This document shows positions 37,501 through 50,408 of a DNA stretch of 64,000 nucleotides, piece by piece; the stretch's first letter is position 1; each line of letters starts with the position of its first letter. The notes under the pieces were generated by a model. That model was given only the letters and a program-made list of their open reading frames with translations, had not been told where the DNA came from and did no database searches. This stretch comes from Podarcis tiliguerta. Taxonomy: Eukaryota. The position numbers and the translations under genes were made by a program. The stretch lies in the NCBI GenBank assembly GCA_965153285.1, contig OZ229110.1. One strand, 5' to 3'.

Positions 37501-39489
37501 TTCACTTTCAGGTAAATTTGTCTGATGGTACTGATCTCATGGAGGAAGCTTCTGAACAGCTTCTTGAGAAGTTTTGCTAGAAAATCTCTGAACCAGAGGT
37601 TATGAACTAACCAAATGACAGTGGAAGACAGGGATTGGAATTTCTGTCTTGCTGTATGTATATTTAAAGTATCCTGAACTGGAAAGGAATATTACCTGCT
37701 AGGCAGAAATAGAAGGGAACTGAGTAGGGGAGAGGCCCTATATTGTAATCATGTAGCAACTTCCCCTCAATTCCAGTCTACACTGTTAAAGCTATTACCT
37801 TACTGTGAGATACAAATTACTTTGTTGTAGAGGCAAAATTCATTACGAGTAACAGATAAAATCTGATAAATCTTTGAAGCATTTTACATACTATTGACAA
37901 AAGAAGAAACAAGTCTGAAGCAAAGGTGACGTAGATAAGGTGCTTTTTTTTTTAATGAAATAACAAATGTTTTGGTTTTGAACACTGTTCCTTGGCAAGG
38001 AAATAACTGGGCAACTTTTTAAGCTGCAACCTCTCTTGCGTTCAGTTCTTTGGCCCTGCAGACAATGTGGGCACTATTACTTCACTTCAGCTCTGTGGGG
38101 CAGAAGATAAGCTTGACTGAGAAATCAGTGGAAGATAGAACTAGGATCTTTATGACAACTTGATTGGGTTATTTCTGAAGCTGCCATTCTGACTTTTTCT
38201 AGAAAATGGCTAGCCGCCCTTCTCTGGATCAAAAACCCATCTCCCCAGTCACACAGCTGCTTGTTGAACACCAGGTACCTCTTTGAGAGAAGATAGCTTA
38301 AAGCCTTCAGGCTTGAGGATGTTTGCATGGATAGATGGCTTGACATACTCCACTCAGCTTTTATTAATGGGATCACTATGACCTTACTTGGCAGGGAAAA
38401 CATTTGGTGACTGTAGCTTCCACTTTTGAGAAGCAGCATTGTGGATGAAAAAAACAACCCTCTGGAACCTCCTAGAATAGCTATTCAAGATCACTTGATT
38501 TAGGTGGTTTATTATTACATTGTAACACCACATAGGAGGGCTAGGAATGGAGAAAACACAGAATAGAGATCTTTTGAAACAGCTTATTAAAAATTAGAAC
38601 CAAGCTGGTTCAGGATTTCAGGCTTAGTTCCAAGAAAGACTATTGGGTTCAGGTTGGAAAATTGCTGCTTAGCTTCAGTTTAACTTGTGAGTCATCAACA
38701 TAATACGAATGCCCAAGATTTTGTGACCATTTCCATATGTTAAGTTGGAAGCCAACAACAGAGTAAAACAGCAAAATTCAATCCCGTCTCCGACACTCAA
38801 GTCAAAATGTGCAAGTCAAAATCCAGATTTGTCAGCCAAATTCCACAAGTTAGTCACAAGCAGAAGTGTTTTGCAGATGAAGCCCACTAGTAATAACTCA
38901 TATTTAATTTCTTAAAACACAAAATAGCAGTCAATATCAGGAGCTGTAAGTTTGGCTCATGCCATCCATGGTGAGTCAGGTATATGACTGGTTTTTGAGC
39001 CTTTTAGCAGACTCTCCATGTGTGTGTTTCTGTGCATGCACATAACAAATTAATCTTTACCAACAAAGTGCCATTCAAAACCCGCAGTGTCTTCAGAGTA
39101 CCTCTGTTAAAGACATCAATAAGTGGGGCAAGCAGAAGTCAAGGCAAAGTTGTAGGAGGTTAAGGGATGACGAAAGACAGCAGGACAATAAGGAAAATGA
39201 AACAACATGTACAGCTAACTGAACAGAACAGTCCTTTAGGACAGCGGGCTCTAGGTCAGGAATCAGAGACTGCATTTTATAAGGAGGGCCATGGGATTGT
39301 GACCAAGTCCCAGTGAGGTCCTTAATTCTCTTGTCCTGGATGCTTTTATAGATGCGGTATCATTTTAAATCATCCCTCTATCTAGGTAGAACTATATTTT
39401 ATTTTTTTATTTTTTTAAATGGCAGCTAGGATATTCAGGCCTCCAGTCCACATTAGAACTTTAGTCTGGTTTGATATATGAGCTTAGAT

Positions 39490-40231
39490 CAGGGGTCAGC
39501 AAACTTTTTCATCAGGGGGCCAGTCCATTGTCCCTCAGACCTTGTGGGGACGGATGGACTATATTTTGAAAAATATAAATACTTTGCAAGCCAGTCCTGC
39601 AGCTGCCTCCGGACCTGGAGGAAGGTACTCTGCACACGCTCAGGAGCATGTTTCGGTGCCCCCTGTTCACCGGCCTTGTTGACGAGCAGCAGCCGCTCCA
39701 TCAGCCCGTCCCTGCAGAGCTCCCAGGTGGCGTGCACCATGTGCTGCGGCCCATGCATGTGGAGCGCCGGGCAGGTGACGTGCAGCTCACCCTCCAGCTG
39801 TTCCTGCGCGGCCACCAAACGCACCACCAGCAGGTGTGCTGAGCCGGGCACCAGGCGCGGGGCCAGCAGGCATGCCAAGCTCTGGCTGAAGCCCACGATG
39901 GGCCCGTCATGATGCCCATGGTGCAGCCCAGACCTGCTGCCTACCCACCAGCCTCTCCGTCCATGGCTGCGCTGGGTTTACCTCAGCATGTGGGTGGCGA
40001 GGCTTTGGATTGGCTGCAGGAACTTCTTGCAGCCAATCCGCAGCTGTGCCAGCATCGGGGAAGTCAGTCCCAGTGCGGTGAGGCATCTGCGGCTTCTTTT
40101 CAAGGAAACACCATGCTGTACCAGTTTTGCTCTGCACAGGGCCTGACCAAAGGGGCGGCAGGTTCCGCGGGCTGGATTTATGAGCCTGGTGGGCCGTATC
40201 TGGGCCCCGGACCGTAGTTTGCTGACCCCTG
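39490..40231. mobile_element. hAT (Charlie-like) non-autonomous element carrying a captured gene fragment
   Basis: Perfect 16-bp TIRs CAGGGGTCAGCAAACT / AGTTTGCTGACCCCTG; 8-bp TSD GCTTAGAT / GCTTAGAC; GC-rich coding-like interior. Confidence 0.9.
39584..40142 (-). pseudogene. Captured two-exon fragment of an unidentified protein-coding gene (exon A 40142-39982, 96-nt GT-AG intron, exon B 39885-~39584)
   Basis: Strong G/C-ending codon bias in exon B; splicing AG|GTAAAC...CTTCAG|C removes the only in-frame stop and joins the frames. Confidence 0.7.
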
Positions 40232-41260
40232 GCTTAGACCAACAGAAAACAGCCTTTGCTGAAGGGTTTCCAAATTCTTCCAAGGGGCTTTCTCTGTTTT
40301 GTAACAATTAGAGAAGTAATATTGGGTTAAACCTCATCTGAAAAATGTTTTTTGCAGAAATGGGGACTCATAGCTGACCACCTTATGGAAAAGTAAAAGA
40401 CAATACTAATACTACAAACGTACTCCGGAAAGCCCATTTCAAGATCTGACCCCCTTTCCCCACTATTTAATTTTCCCCACCACAATTTAATTTTCCCCAT
40501 CCCACAGATTTAAAGCTTTCTCATGTTACGTATGTTACATCATAGGGCATTTGTAAATGTAAAATTATGCAACAATCCCCTCTCTGCCTGTAAAACCTTG
40601 TACCAACTCACTCTACAGTTTGAGCAACTAAAATATTCTCTTAGCTACCTACAAGAAGGTTCAAGCTTGAGTAGTAAATCTATGTGGATAGAAATCTAAC
40701 AGATGGTGTATGTCTCTACTATCTAGTAACTTAGATCCCAAGCTATTTGCCATGCACACACAAGGTAAGTCCTATTGAATTTGCTCCCAGGTAGAGAGGA
40801 TTGTCGGCTTAATTATTTTCCCTCACTGGCTTGATTCAGGCATCTTAGGATACTTCAGTAGAAGAACAAAACAAAGCTAACAAATGACTAGTAAGTAAAT
40901 ACATAAATAAGGTAATAAATAGAGCAAATTAACATTGTTTTAATATAGAACCTCAATACCATTCTACACCTGACCCAGGTAAGATGTTCCTGGTGTGCTC
41001 ACACAGGGTGGCCAACTTTTGATATCATGGCTTTACTAATTAGGCCAGGAAAATACTGGCCAACTGGTACCAATAACTACATGGTGAACAGCATGAATAT
41101 TTGAAGGGGAGATGCACATTTGCAAATAAATATGTAGAGACATATGGCCAAGCACAGCCCCCTGGTATATGGATTTATTTTTCATCCTCTAGTGATCTGG
41201 TTGTGCCAGCGTTTGCAGGGTTGTTCACTTCTTGCACTGAATGTGCTTACATGTTGTCTA

Positions 41261-41617
41261 TAAAGGTAAAGGTAAAGGTAAAGGTACCCCTGCCCGAACG
41301 GGCCAGTCGTGTCCGACTCTGGGGTTGCGCGCCCATCTCGCTTAAGAGGCCGGGGGCCAGCGCTGTCCGGAGACACTTCCGGGTCACATGGCCAGTGTGA
41401 CAAGCTGCATCTGGCGAGCCAGCACAGCACACGGAAACACTGTTTACCTTCCCGCTAGTAAGCAGTCCCTATTTATCTACTTGCACCCGGGGGTGCTTTC
41501 GAACTGCTAGGTTGGCAGGCGCTGGGACTGAGCAACGGGAGCACACCCCGCCGCGGGGATTCAAACCGCCGACCTGACGATCGGCAAGTCCTAGGCGCTG
41601 AGGTTTTACCCACAGCG
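41261..41617 (-). mobile_element. Sauria SINE
   Basis: (ACCTTT)n 3' tail; tRNA-like head with B box (GGTTTGAATCCC); core CCTGCCAACCTAGCAGTTCGAAAGCAC. Confidence 0.9.
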
Positions 41618-43363
41618 ACTGTACTCATGTTGGTTTTTAAAATACATTGCTATTTTGCAGATACACCAAAACAGATCCATGAGCGAGGGTGCAGGAGCCT
41701 TCTGTATTTTACATCAGGATGCTTCAAAATTCAAAATCTAGAACCTTGTGAACATTTAAGTGTGAATCTTATGATCTGATATTTCCTTAAAAACTTCCTC
41801 AGAGAACACTCAACTTCTTCCAGACTAAGCACACAGTTTAAGAGGTACACAGTACATATCCTTCTCTTGTGATACGGGGACCCCAAACATCAATTAATCT
41901 AAATCAAAAATATTTTGCCCACCTCATGGTTTGTGGATATACACAAATAAACTGTCTGCAGAGTATCAGAACATCCAAAAGCTGCCGTTGGCTCAAGTAG
42001 CAATTTTCTGGTTTTAATCAATCCATGAATGAGGAAGAGGGTGGTATGGATTTAGGAAATTGGACTCTAGGGAGATGTTTAAAGGCCCCAAATATGGAGA
42101 TTACAAATTAAGCTCAGCAGATGGTACTTTTCCTCCAGGAGGGAGGAAGCAATTTGTAGCCACAAACATTGCCCAAATTTGAGGCTTTAAGTTAAACGGT
42201 GGCAACATACACCACCAATGCTTGCTTTTGAAGGGTGATGGTTGGGGTGGGGGGAGCTGGGGCAATAGAAAGCACAGTTTAAATGCTGCTAAAGAGAGAG
42301 AAGTTAACATTTTCACAAACAGAAGTATATTTTTAAAAATCAAAGGGAATTAATTTACTATTTGTGCTCTATTATCTGACAGTTGTTCAACCAATGAGAA
42401 ACAGTGTTTTCAAAGTAGCAAAGATGCTGGTGCTTATAAAATATTGCCTTATATGGAGTCGGAAAACTGGTCAATTTAGGCCAGAGCTGGTGGTGGATCT
42501 GCTAGGCCACACACAGACGTCTTACTTCTAGAGATCCTTTCAATTGGGAGATTAAACCTGGGGCTGCTCAAGACAGTCCAAATGCATCACTGCATGACAG
42601 CTGCAATCTTTGAGGTTTGCTTCCACCTTCTAACATTTCTTTCGGTTTCAGTTATAAAGGATATACCATTAGCATGAACTTTTGACAGAATGAACACAAA
42701 GTATACCTCACTTCCTAAGAGAAGCTTGCAAACCAACCTGCAGAAGACACTTTGTTAATTCAATTTCTTACAAAGACTCTTTAGTTGGCTTTCATATACA
42801 TACGCTAAGGAAGTGACATGTTTAACACCCTTTTACAGATCTGAGAGTATGAGCTCACATGATCGTTGCTTTCCTTATAGGCCAGCATATTTCATGCTGC
42901 ATTTCCTGCCTTCTCTCAGTCACTTGTTAGACTGTCAGGGCATCTTCAACAAGTGCCCCAAACGCTATTCAGTAAAGGGCTCCAACGAGTTGGCCTTGCT
43001 ATTATGAACTTTTTGTAACTAGATTTACCTGATTTGTTTTCAGCTAGCAGCTGTCATATACGTCTGCTAGATTAGCACTTGCTCCTATCAGAAGCCAATA
43101 CGTAGAATGAAAACTTCTGTTTTTATTTGACAGCTTTATCCTATATCCTCAACACTACAGTGTTCCCAGGGCAGCTTATAATTAGAGATCTTTCCCTCAT
43201 CCCCCAGGTATCTACAGTACTCATTTTCCCGAGCCTTTTCCGATTTTTCCAACGTGTTTTGAAAATTGAGTCCAGCAATTTTGGCCACAGTGCCCTGAAG
43301 TTACATTTATACCAACAGGTTGTAGCATGTGAGCCAGAAGGGACTGGATAAATAGTTCAGATA

Positions 43364-43500
43364 TCATAGAATCTTGGAAGGGATCCAAGAGTCATCTAGT
43401 CTAACCCCCTGCAATGCAGGAATCTCAGCTAAAGCATCCATGACAGATGGCCATCCAACCTGTTTAAAAACCTCCAAGGAAGGAGAGTCCACCACCTCTC
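43364..43500 (-). mobile_element. CR1 LINE 3' end fragment
   Basis: ATCATAGAATC...GTCATCTAGTCTAACCCC is the reverse complement of the CR1 tail. Confidence 0.75.
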
Positions 43501-44879
43501 ATTGTTGATATTCATATAGTTTGAAGAGTACCAATATATTTAGTAATATTAAGAAAGTATAAGGCCAGATATAGATGCTATAGCCTGTTAAAAATAAATG
43601 TCTGATTTTTTTAAAAATAATTTTGGATAGCCCCTCACAACAGCCCTGAGATCTACAGGTACAGGGTGGTCTACAAATAGAATTAATTAACAAGAACAGC
43701 CAACTTAAATGACCTTGATACATCTGTACTTTGCATACAAAACAGATAAGAACTTTATGTGTTACTTTTACATTAAATTATGAAAAAAACGTACTCTCAT
43801 TTAGGAAATGATTACGTTGTATCTCAGGTAGGAGCAATGCAAGAAGCCAGTAAAATTAAAAAGCTGACAGGGAAAGGGATTGGAGAAAATAAAGCACTAA
43901 TTGGGCATGAGAGGAAAATGTAACAAATTGTGAATGCAAAAGAATTCCAGAAGATTGGGATGAATATCAGTATTTGGGAGGTGGCTGTGCCTTACAAATT
44001 TGCTTAGCCAGATGTACCCAGTGTGCTAGGTAAGAGTGCAAAACTAATAGCAAAACACATGATTCCTGGAAGATGGCGTTGGGAGTTTGAATCACGCGGC
44101 TATTGCAATGGAATTCTATCTCAATGTTATTTTGCTCAGTTTTTGTTATTCTGCTCTACAAGGAAAAAGTTTCACGCCTTAGTTATCTCATAAACTTATC
44201 TTGAAACTCAATTACCATCTTGAAGTGCAACAATATCACTATCTTTTACAAATTACCAATGAGCTTACAGCCCAAAATGTCATTACAATGTTCCATCTAA
44301 GACCAAACAAGCTTAAGGGCTTCAACTATAGTAATGGGTCCTTCGACCTAGAATTGTGTGGTGGTCCTGGAAACACTCCTCTATTTGATATAAGCAGGGC
44401 TATTTATATGCTGCAATACTCTTGGCATGCAGAAAATGGTAGACAATGCAGAATTTAGCAGAATTTTTAAAGAAAACTTCCTAGTCCTTGTGACTTTTAA
44501 GGTATGCTTGAAAATGTAGGGGTAATGCTTGCCAAAGTCTTAAAGCAGTATTTCCAAGGGTTGAGAATAGGGCTTCAAGTACCCAGTTTAGTTCAATGTC
44601 CATCTCCCATGTCTACCTAAGTTGGCATAATTATATCTTTTTTTTAAAACCTACAAAGCTATGCAAAATGAACAAGGTTGTGTAACTGATGCAAGTTAAG
44701 AGAATTCAGTTTTTCTGGACACAGAATTTGGATTGCCTGAGTACAAAATTTTAATAGCATGGGATACACAAGTCCCTATATATAGGGAGGATAAATTACC
44801 CACTGGGTTCTCTCATTCAGACTGTAGTTGCCCTTGGATTTGAGCTCACATTGCAATCAATATGCAGACCCGCATGTTT

Positions 44880-47452
44880 TTTCTTGAAATTTTTATTCCA
44901 AAATCCACCCCATGAAACAAGGTCTCCCTTCAGAGGCTGGTATCTTCTCTTCCCCCTTTCACTTGTCTCTCATTCCTGTGGTAATATGTTTGAGGAAAGA
45001 TTCTCTAAAACCATTATTGGCAAATGATTAGAAAATGAAAAAATCCCAACTAGCTCCCCTCCCTTTAGCCCCAAATATCCCCCAACCCTAAACATGTCAA
45101 CCGAGAGAGCGCAAGACTTGGTTTCTTTTACCCTTAATGTTTACATTTAATTTTAAAGCACAACATTGGAGATTGACTCTAAGTTAGCAACAAAAAATAT
45201 ATATTTACAATTTCTTCAAAAAAACAAAAACAAAAGAACACAAAAGAACAACCAAACCCTTTTAGACAATAGTGACTTTCTTTAGGGAGATTTATTTAGG
45301 GAGCATGTTTTTGTTTTAAATCACTAAGTGATTTCATATATAATTTCTCTTTGCTTTATGTCATCAATTGCCCTCTGAGGTGGGGGCCAGTTTAGGCATT
45401 GAAGTATCACAATTTGCTTTGAAGTTTAAGCCACAGTCATTTGAGGGCCACATTTGAGAAGGCTGTAGGACAGCGAAGCCAATACCCCACCCGATCAGTC
45501 TGCTACTTGTTTTATCCCTCTTGCCGCAGGACGAGATTCTTCCCAGACTAATGCTCCTGACATGCCAACTTGCTGCATTTCAGCACTTCTCCGGCTGACC
45601 AATGCATATGGAGAGTTGTGAAGGTGCTCCCACTTTGGAAAAACAAAACAAAACACAAAATATCCAGAGCCTAGAGATCTCCGTGGGAGTTATCTGGGCT
45701 GATGCACTTGAACCTCCTATTTATGGCTATTCTCACCTTCCTCTTTTGAAAGAAAACAAAAGCAAGAGATTGATTCTACAATATTTTTTTTTTCCACAGG
45801 AGCCAACACAACAAGGCAGAAGGTTTCCACTTCTAGAAGAAGATCAGTGGGCGTTTTCTGTAGAAAAATTCAATTTGCAGCAAAGCTCCTGTGTACTGAG
45901 GCACTCTGGAACTCATCACACTAGCATTGTTCTCTCGGCAAAGAAGCCTGCTCCTCATGTGGAAGTGAGGGGGAACCTCTGGGATTCAGTAGATCTAGAT
46001 ATTTATCCCCCACCCCCATCAGTGCAGGGGAAGCTGCTCTTCCCTGAGGCTCAGGTGCCGCAGCATTCAATGCAATCGGGCTGGGCAATTGAGAGAGCTA
46101 TGGGGTGGATTCCTCCCCCTCCCTTATTGCTTCAGAAGCAGCGAGGGTGGATTGGGCTTTCCTCCAGATTCCTCCTTTCCCTTGCTGCGCAGACACTGGA
46201 GAGCTCTTTTTTGCCATGCGAGGCTCAGAGGGGGAGGCGGGGTGAAGGGCAGTCTAATTTGTGCTATCGCTATGGGGAAGAGAGCAGAGTGCAAAGTGTG
46301 CATTCAAACCCTGACAAGCTCAGACAGCTGGAAGGAGTGTCCAGTCACTCGGGCAGGGGGAAATAAAATAGGGTTCCAAAATATTACCTTTCTTTCTAAA
46401 GTGCAAAAAGCTCTCTGCTGCCCAAGAGAGAAGTTCTTTGGACCGGCCATTCATTGCAAAGAAAGAGAGGCAGCTAATGGGGCATTGACCCGTCTCCCAG
46501 CTCAAGAGCCAACAGCTATGCAACTCAAGATGGAGGCATTTCTTCGTCGGCCAGCATCTCCCAAGAATGCTCGTTTCCACAGACTATGGGACAGAGACCA
46601 CTTCCGCTGGTGTAAGAAATCCCACTAGGTGCCTCCCAAGCCTCCAAGCTCTGTTGCAGCTTTCCCTCTACAAACGCCGCCATCTTTTCAGAGGATGAGC
46701 ATGCTCGCTTAACTCCCCTTCTTGGGAAAGTTGACGGCAAGAACATGGTTCCCTCCGTATGAACACTTAGCCACCCCCGCTCTAGTCTCATGTTGGAAGG
46801 TGCCTGCAGGCTGACCTGGGGGCACATGGAGAGTCCCTTACCAGACAAGAGGCACTGCTGCTGTAGACATTACACTACTGCTCTGCGTAATCAGCCCAGA
46901 GCAGTTGCTGCCCGTTCAGCTGCTGAAGGGCAAGGAAAGAAAGCTTAGCAGAGTGTGGAAGGGCAGGAGAAGTGACTCCCAAGCCCAATGACATATTAAG
47001 AAATTGCATACCAAGACAGCAGGGAAACAGGGTGCAAAAGTGCACCTGTTCTACACCATCCAGGTCTGATCCTCCCCCCACAATCTGATGGGTAAGTATA
47101 GTTGTTTTTTGTGGGATATAATGGTAGAGGGGGAAGGGTTGAGAAGAAAGGAAAGGGGCACGCCCCCCTTGAAAATGCTGCTACAAAACATCAAGTTAGA
47201 GCATGTAGCTGATGAGCAAGCACCCCACAAGAGCACCCGTCCAGCAATCTCGCCACTTCCTCAAATGCCTGGTGAGATTTTCTGGTCTGCAGAAGTCCCA
47301 AGGAGAGGAGGGACATTACAGTCACAGTCAGACAGGCATCTCTTCCCTGCCTGTGGATGTGGGGGAAACGGGGGAGGGGAGGAAAGGGTCTGCTCTCCAA
47401 GAGGGGTTTGTCTGGGATCTTTCCTTCTCTTCAGTCTGTGTGTGGCAAATCT
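44880..47452 (-). other. KDM2A: KDM2A 3'UTR with candidate poly(A) signals ATTAAA (45151-45146, followed by a GU-rich tract) and AATAAA (44897-44892)
   Basis: Repeat-poor sequence after the stop codon, U-rich distal part, hexamer signals. Confidence 0.7.
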
Positions 47453-47634
47453 CTAGCTGATTTTCTGGATCAGCTTTTCATCAGACAGGCAATAGAGGCT
47501 GTTGATTGACAGGTCTGAGATGAAGTGCTCACAGGCCTTGCGGGTGATCTGCTTGCAACCACGCAGGTCTATCAGGGTGACGTTAGAGATGCGCCGCAGG
47601 TACAGCAGGGACTGGTCTGTGAGCTTATTGCAGC
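47453..47634 (-). CDS. KDM2A: KDM2A last coding exon (LRR; CNKLTDQSLLYLRRISNVTLIDLRGCKQITRKACEHFISDLSINSLYCLSDEKLIQKIS*)
   Basis: Matches KDM2A C-terminus; AG acceptor at 47635-47636; TAG stop at 47455-47453. Confidence 0.97.
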
Positions 47635-48811
47635 CTGTGGAGAGGATGACAAGTGCCATTATTTGCATAATGCCAAGCGCCACAAAGGTGTTCAGAGAAC
47701 AAATGCACTGGTATAAATACTCAGAAAATACAAAGTGTCCAGACTCTTACATTACACAAATGATTCTTCTGGTTTGCAAGTGTGATTCTTCTATTCAAAC
47801 TCTGACTTAAGAGCACTTGCTTGTTTGAATACCAACACACCTCAACCTGATAAGCCTCACAACTTTTGACAGCTTAATATGAACAAGTCTGACTTTTGTA
47901 TTGACAAGACATACATAGGCAGCCACTCTTTGTGAATCAGGCAACAGTGAACCATTAGACCCTTAGTAGCAGTTTCTTATGCTAGAGGGAGACAGAAAAG
48001 CTGGAACATGATTATTTCTCTTAAGGCTCATTTTCCATCTGGCATGATCTGTCAGCCTGTATTGCATATTGAGGTGGTATGTGTTTCTGTTACATAGGGA
48101 CACAAGCTTCAAATATGTCACTAGAAATACTTTTAAAGAAGACAGTATTGCAGTATATCCAGATCTGAATACTTGAAGATTAAGTGCAACTTCAGATTAC
48201 TATTTTGTTAACCCCACAAACAATGAGGGCTGCGTGGCGGGGGAGGCCTGTAAAAAAGGGAAATAACACCCGCCTCATCATGAGGCTGCTGGGACTAAAT
48301 CCTTCATTTATCCCTCTGGTCTGGAGCAAAAACTTCTTGGATAAATTTAGATATATTTTCTCTTTCTTCCAGCAAAAGAGAAACCTCGGTGAGGCAAGAG
48401 GGCATACAGCCTTTACATTAGGGGTAAACTTGTAAGGTGGGCGGAATTGCCCACCTGTCAAAATCCCTTGTGCAGCTGTGCCCAATAGCCAGCTGGCTGT
48501 TGGGTGGGGTGGGGTGAGGACCTCTGCACCAAGAACTGGCAAGCCGCTCACAGTGATGGAACAGACAGACAGCTGCCTGCTGGATCACTGTACAGGGCTT
48601 CCAAAGCTCCAGCTGAGGGGTGGTCGAGTCAAAGGCCACTTTCCCTTGCAAATGCACAATTGGGAGCACATCCTGGCAGCCACATCTCTACCTGCTGCAC
48701 AGCTAAACCGCTGGTGGATCAAACGCGGACAACAGATCAGAGATTTCCCACCCATTTTACATGGTCCACAGCCCTTAGTATGTCGGGGGAAACAATCAAA
48801 GATGCACAAAC

Positions 48812-49027
48812 CTGCCATGTTGATTTCAGTGAGCGAGTTTCGCGTGGAAGACCCCACAGCTGTTAATAGGTTGGTTGACTGGTCCGTAAGGTGATTGCAG
48901 TGACTAAGATCAAGTCGTGAGAGCAGAGGCATGTGGCGAATGATGAGCCGGAGTGTGGCATCAGTTATGTCCAGCCCAGCCAACCGGAAGTCTATCATGT
49001 TACGGAGTTTGCTGCGATTGTCTTGGC
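48812..49027 (-). CDS. KDM2A: KDM2A exon 20-equivalent (LRR; [49 protein letters not shown]...EINMAG)
   Basis: Within ORF 48585..49088; AG/GTTTG boundaries; 216 nt. Confidence 0.97.
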
Positions 49028-49221
49028 CTGTAGGAAGATATGCAAGTAAGTTGGAAGGCACAGTCTCTTGTTTCTCTAGAGCATGCAAGTAGAAATTACA
49101 CCCTCTGATCAGAATTTTTCCTTTTTAAGACCTGCATTGCATCCAACTCTTGTCAGCTTTCTCCCTTCCCCACCTCACTAGCAAGCACAACATACTGGTA
49201 TAGCCAGAAGGCAAAACATAC

Positions 49222-49380
49222 TGGGTTTATCTGATGGAGGTGTGAGCAAGTCCCGAATCTGAGGGTCCTTGATTCCTACTGCCCACCGAAGATCAAGTGT
49301 CCTGAGAAGGGGGCAGGTGGAGGTACTGAGAGCAGACACTGCTGACCAGGAGCAGCCTGCCAAGATGAGGTCTTTGAGGC
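49222..49380 (-). CDS. KDM2A: KDM2A exon 19-equivalent (LRR; [52 protein letters not shown])
   Basis: Translation; AG/GTATG boundaries; 159 nt. Confidence 0.97.
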
Positions 49381-50130
49381 CTGTAGCACAGCAAAAGATG
49401 GAAAATATTAGTTCCTTCTACTTCAGAACGGTTATGTTTCATGCAGAGCTAACAGCATGGCACTACCCCCAATCCATCAGAGAGTAAAACAAAACCAATG
49501 ATCTATTTTGAGCCCTCATTTCAGGTTAAGTAGGAGTGACTTCCCCACCCTAAGTTTAGGAGATGTATTTGGCCCCCAAGCCAATTTTTGAGGCTCGTCA
49601 AGACTCCACTGCAGAGCTTTCCAAACTTTCCATGTTGGTGACCAACTTTTTAGACATGCATCATTTTGTGAAACAGTAATTCAGTTTTACTAGCAAACCT
49701 GAGGTTAAACTAACCCCTTTCCTGCTCTGGGCAATCCACCAACCCCACGCACGCTCCTCCTCCCTCCAATGAGAATAGGTAGATCACTGCCAGTTTTTTT
49801 ATACTGGAAGTAGATCACAGTTTCTTGGGAGTTGGGTATGCCTGCAATAGAACTAATCTGTGCATTGAAAAGCACACAGAGCTGGAAGTTGAAGTCACTC
49901 TGCCATCTTCTGTCTTTATGCACTTTTCAGGGGGGGGGGGATGTAACCACTTTCACTACGAGTAAGCTGGGGTTCAGGTAGTGGGTGGCAGGGGGAAACT
50001 TCAAGGGTACCACTGTGCTCACAGGCACCAAAAAGTTGACCTGTATAGTGGAATATTCAGTTTAACTCAATAATGTTGAAACTAAAGCAAATAGTGAAGA
50101 TGCACCATCCCAGCTACCTAAAACACAAAC

Positions 50131-50294
50131 CTGGTAGTCTGTTGATGAGCCAGGTGAGCTGTTTTCTGGAAATATTGGTCCAGCTGAGGTCAAGGCTGAC
50201 TGGCTGCCTCCTGATTATGCCACCCAGTGCCAGGGGTGTGATGGACTTGTACCTGCTTAAGTCAATCTTCGTCCACAATCTCCTGTCACCACAC
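50131..50294 (-). CDS. KDM2A: KDM2A exon 18-equivalent (end of F-box, start of LRR; [54 protein letters not shown])
   Basis: Translation; AG/GTTTG boundaries; 164 nt. Confidence 0.97.
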
Positions 50295-50408
50295 CTAATT
50301 GAAGCACACTGTATTAGACTAGAAATACACCTTTCCACAAACTCTTTACACTTATTGGTTTCTGACCAATTATTTGTGGCAGGATCTTTTACTGAGAAGT
50401 ACTTATGT

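Noticed and set aside
39478-40217. Plus-strand ORFs inside the hAT element as the true coding strand or as a transposase
   Set aside because: Antisense shadows of a GC3-rich minus-strand frame; no DDE, BED or hATC motifs; far too short for a transposase
41520-41617. tRNA genes (also 50409-50490 and 6205-6230)
   Set aside because: A/B-box-like sequences are SINE heads continuous with SINE bodies; no complete cloverleaf
45602-46366. 254-aa plus-strand ORF
   Set aside because: Antisense to the KDM2A 3'UTR; no recognisable domain, codon bias or promoter context; likely a chance ORF
49213-49221. U12-type intron at the KDM2A donor GTATGTTTT
   Set aside because: Does not match the U12 consensus GTATCCTT; ordinary U2 donor
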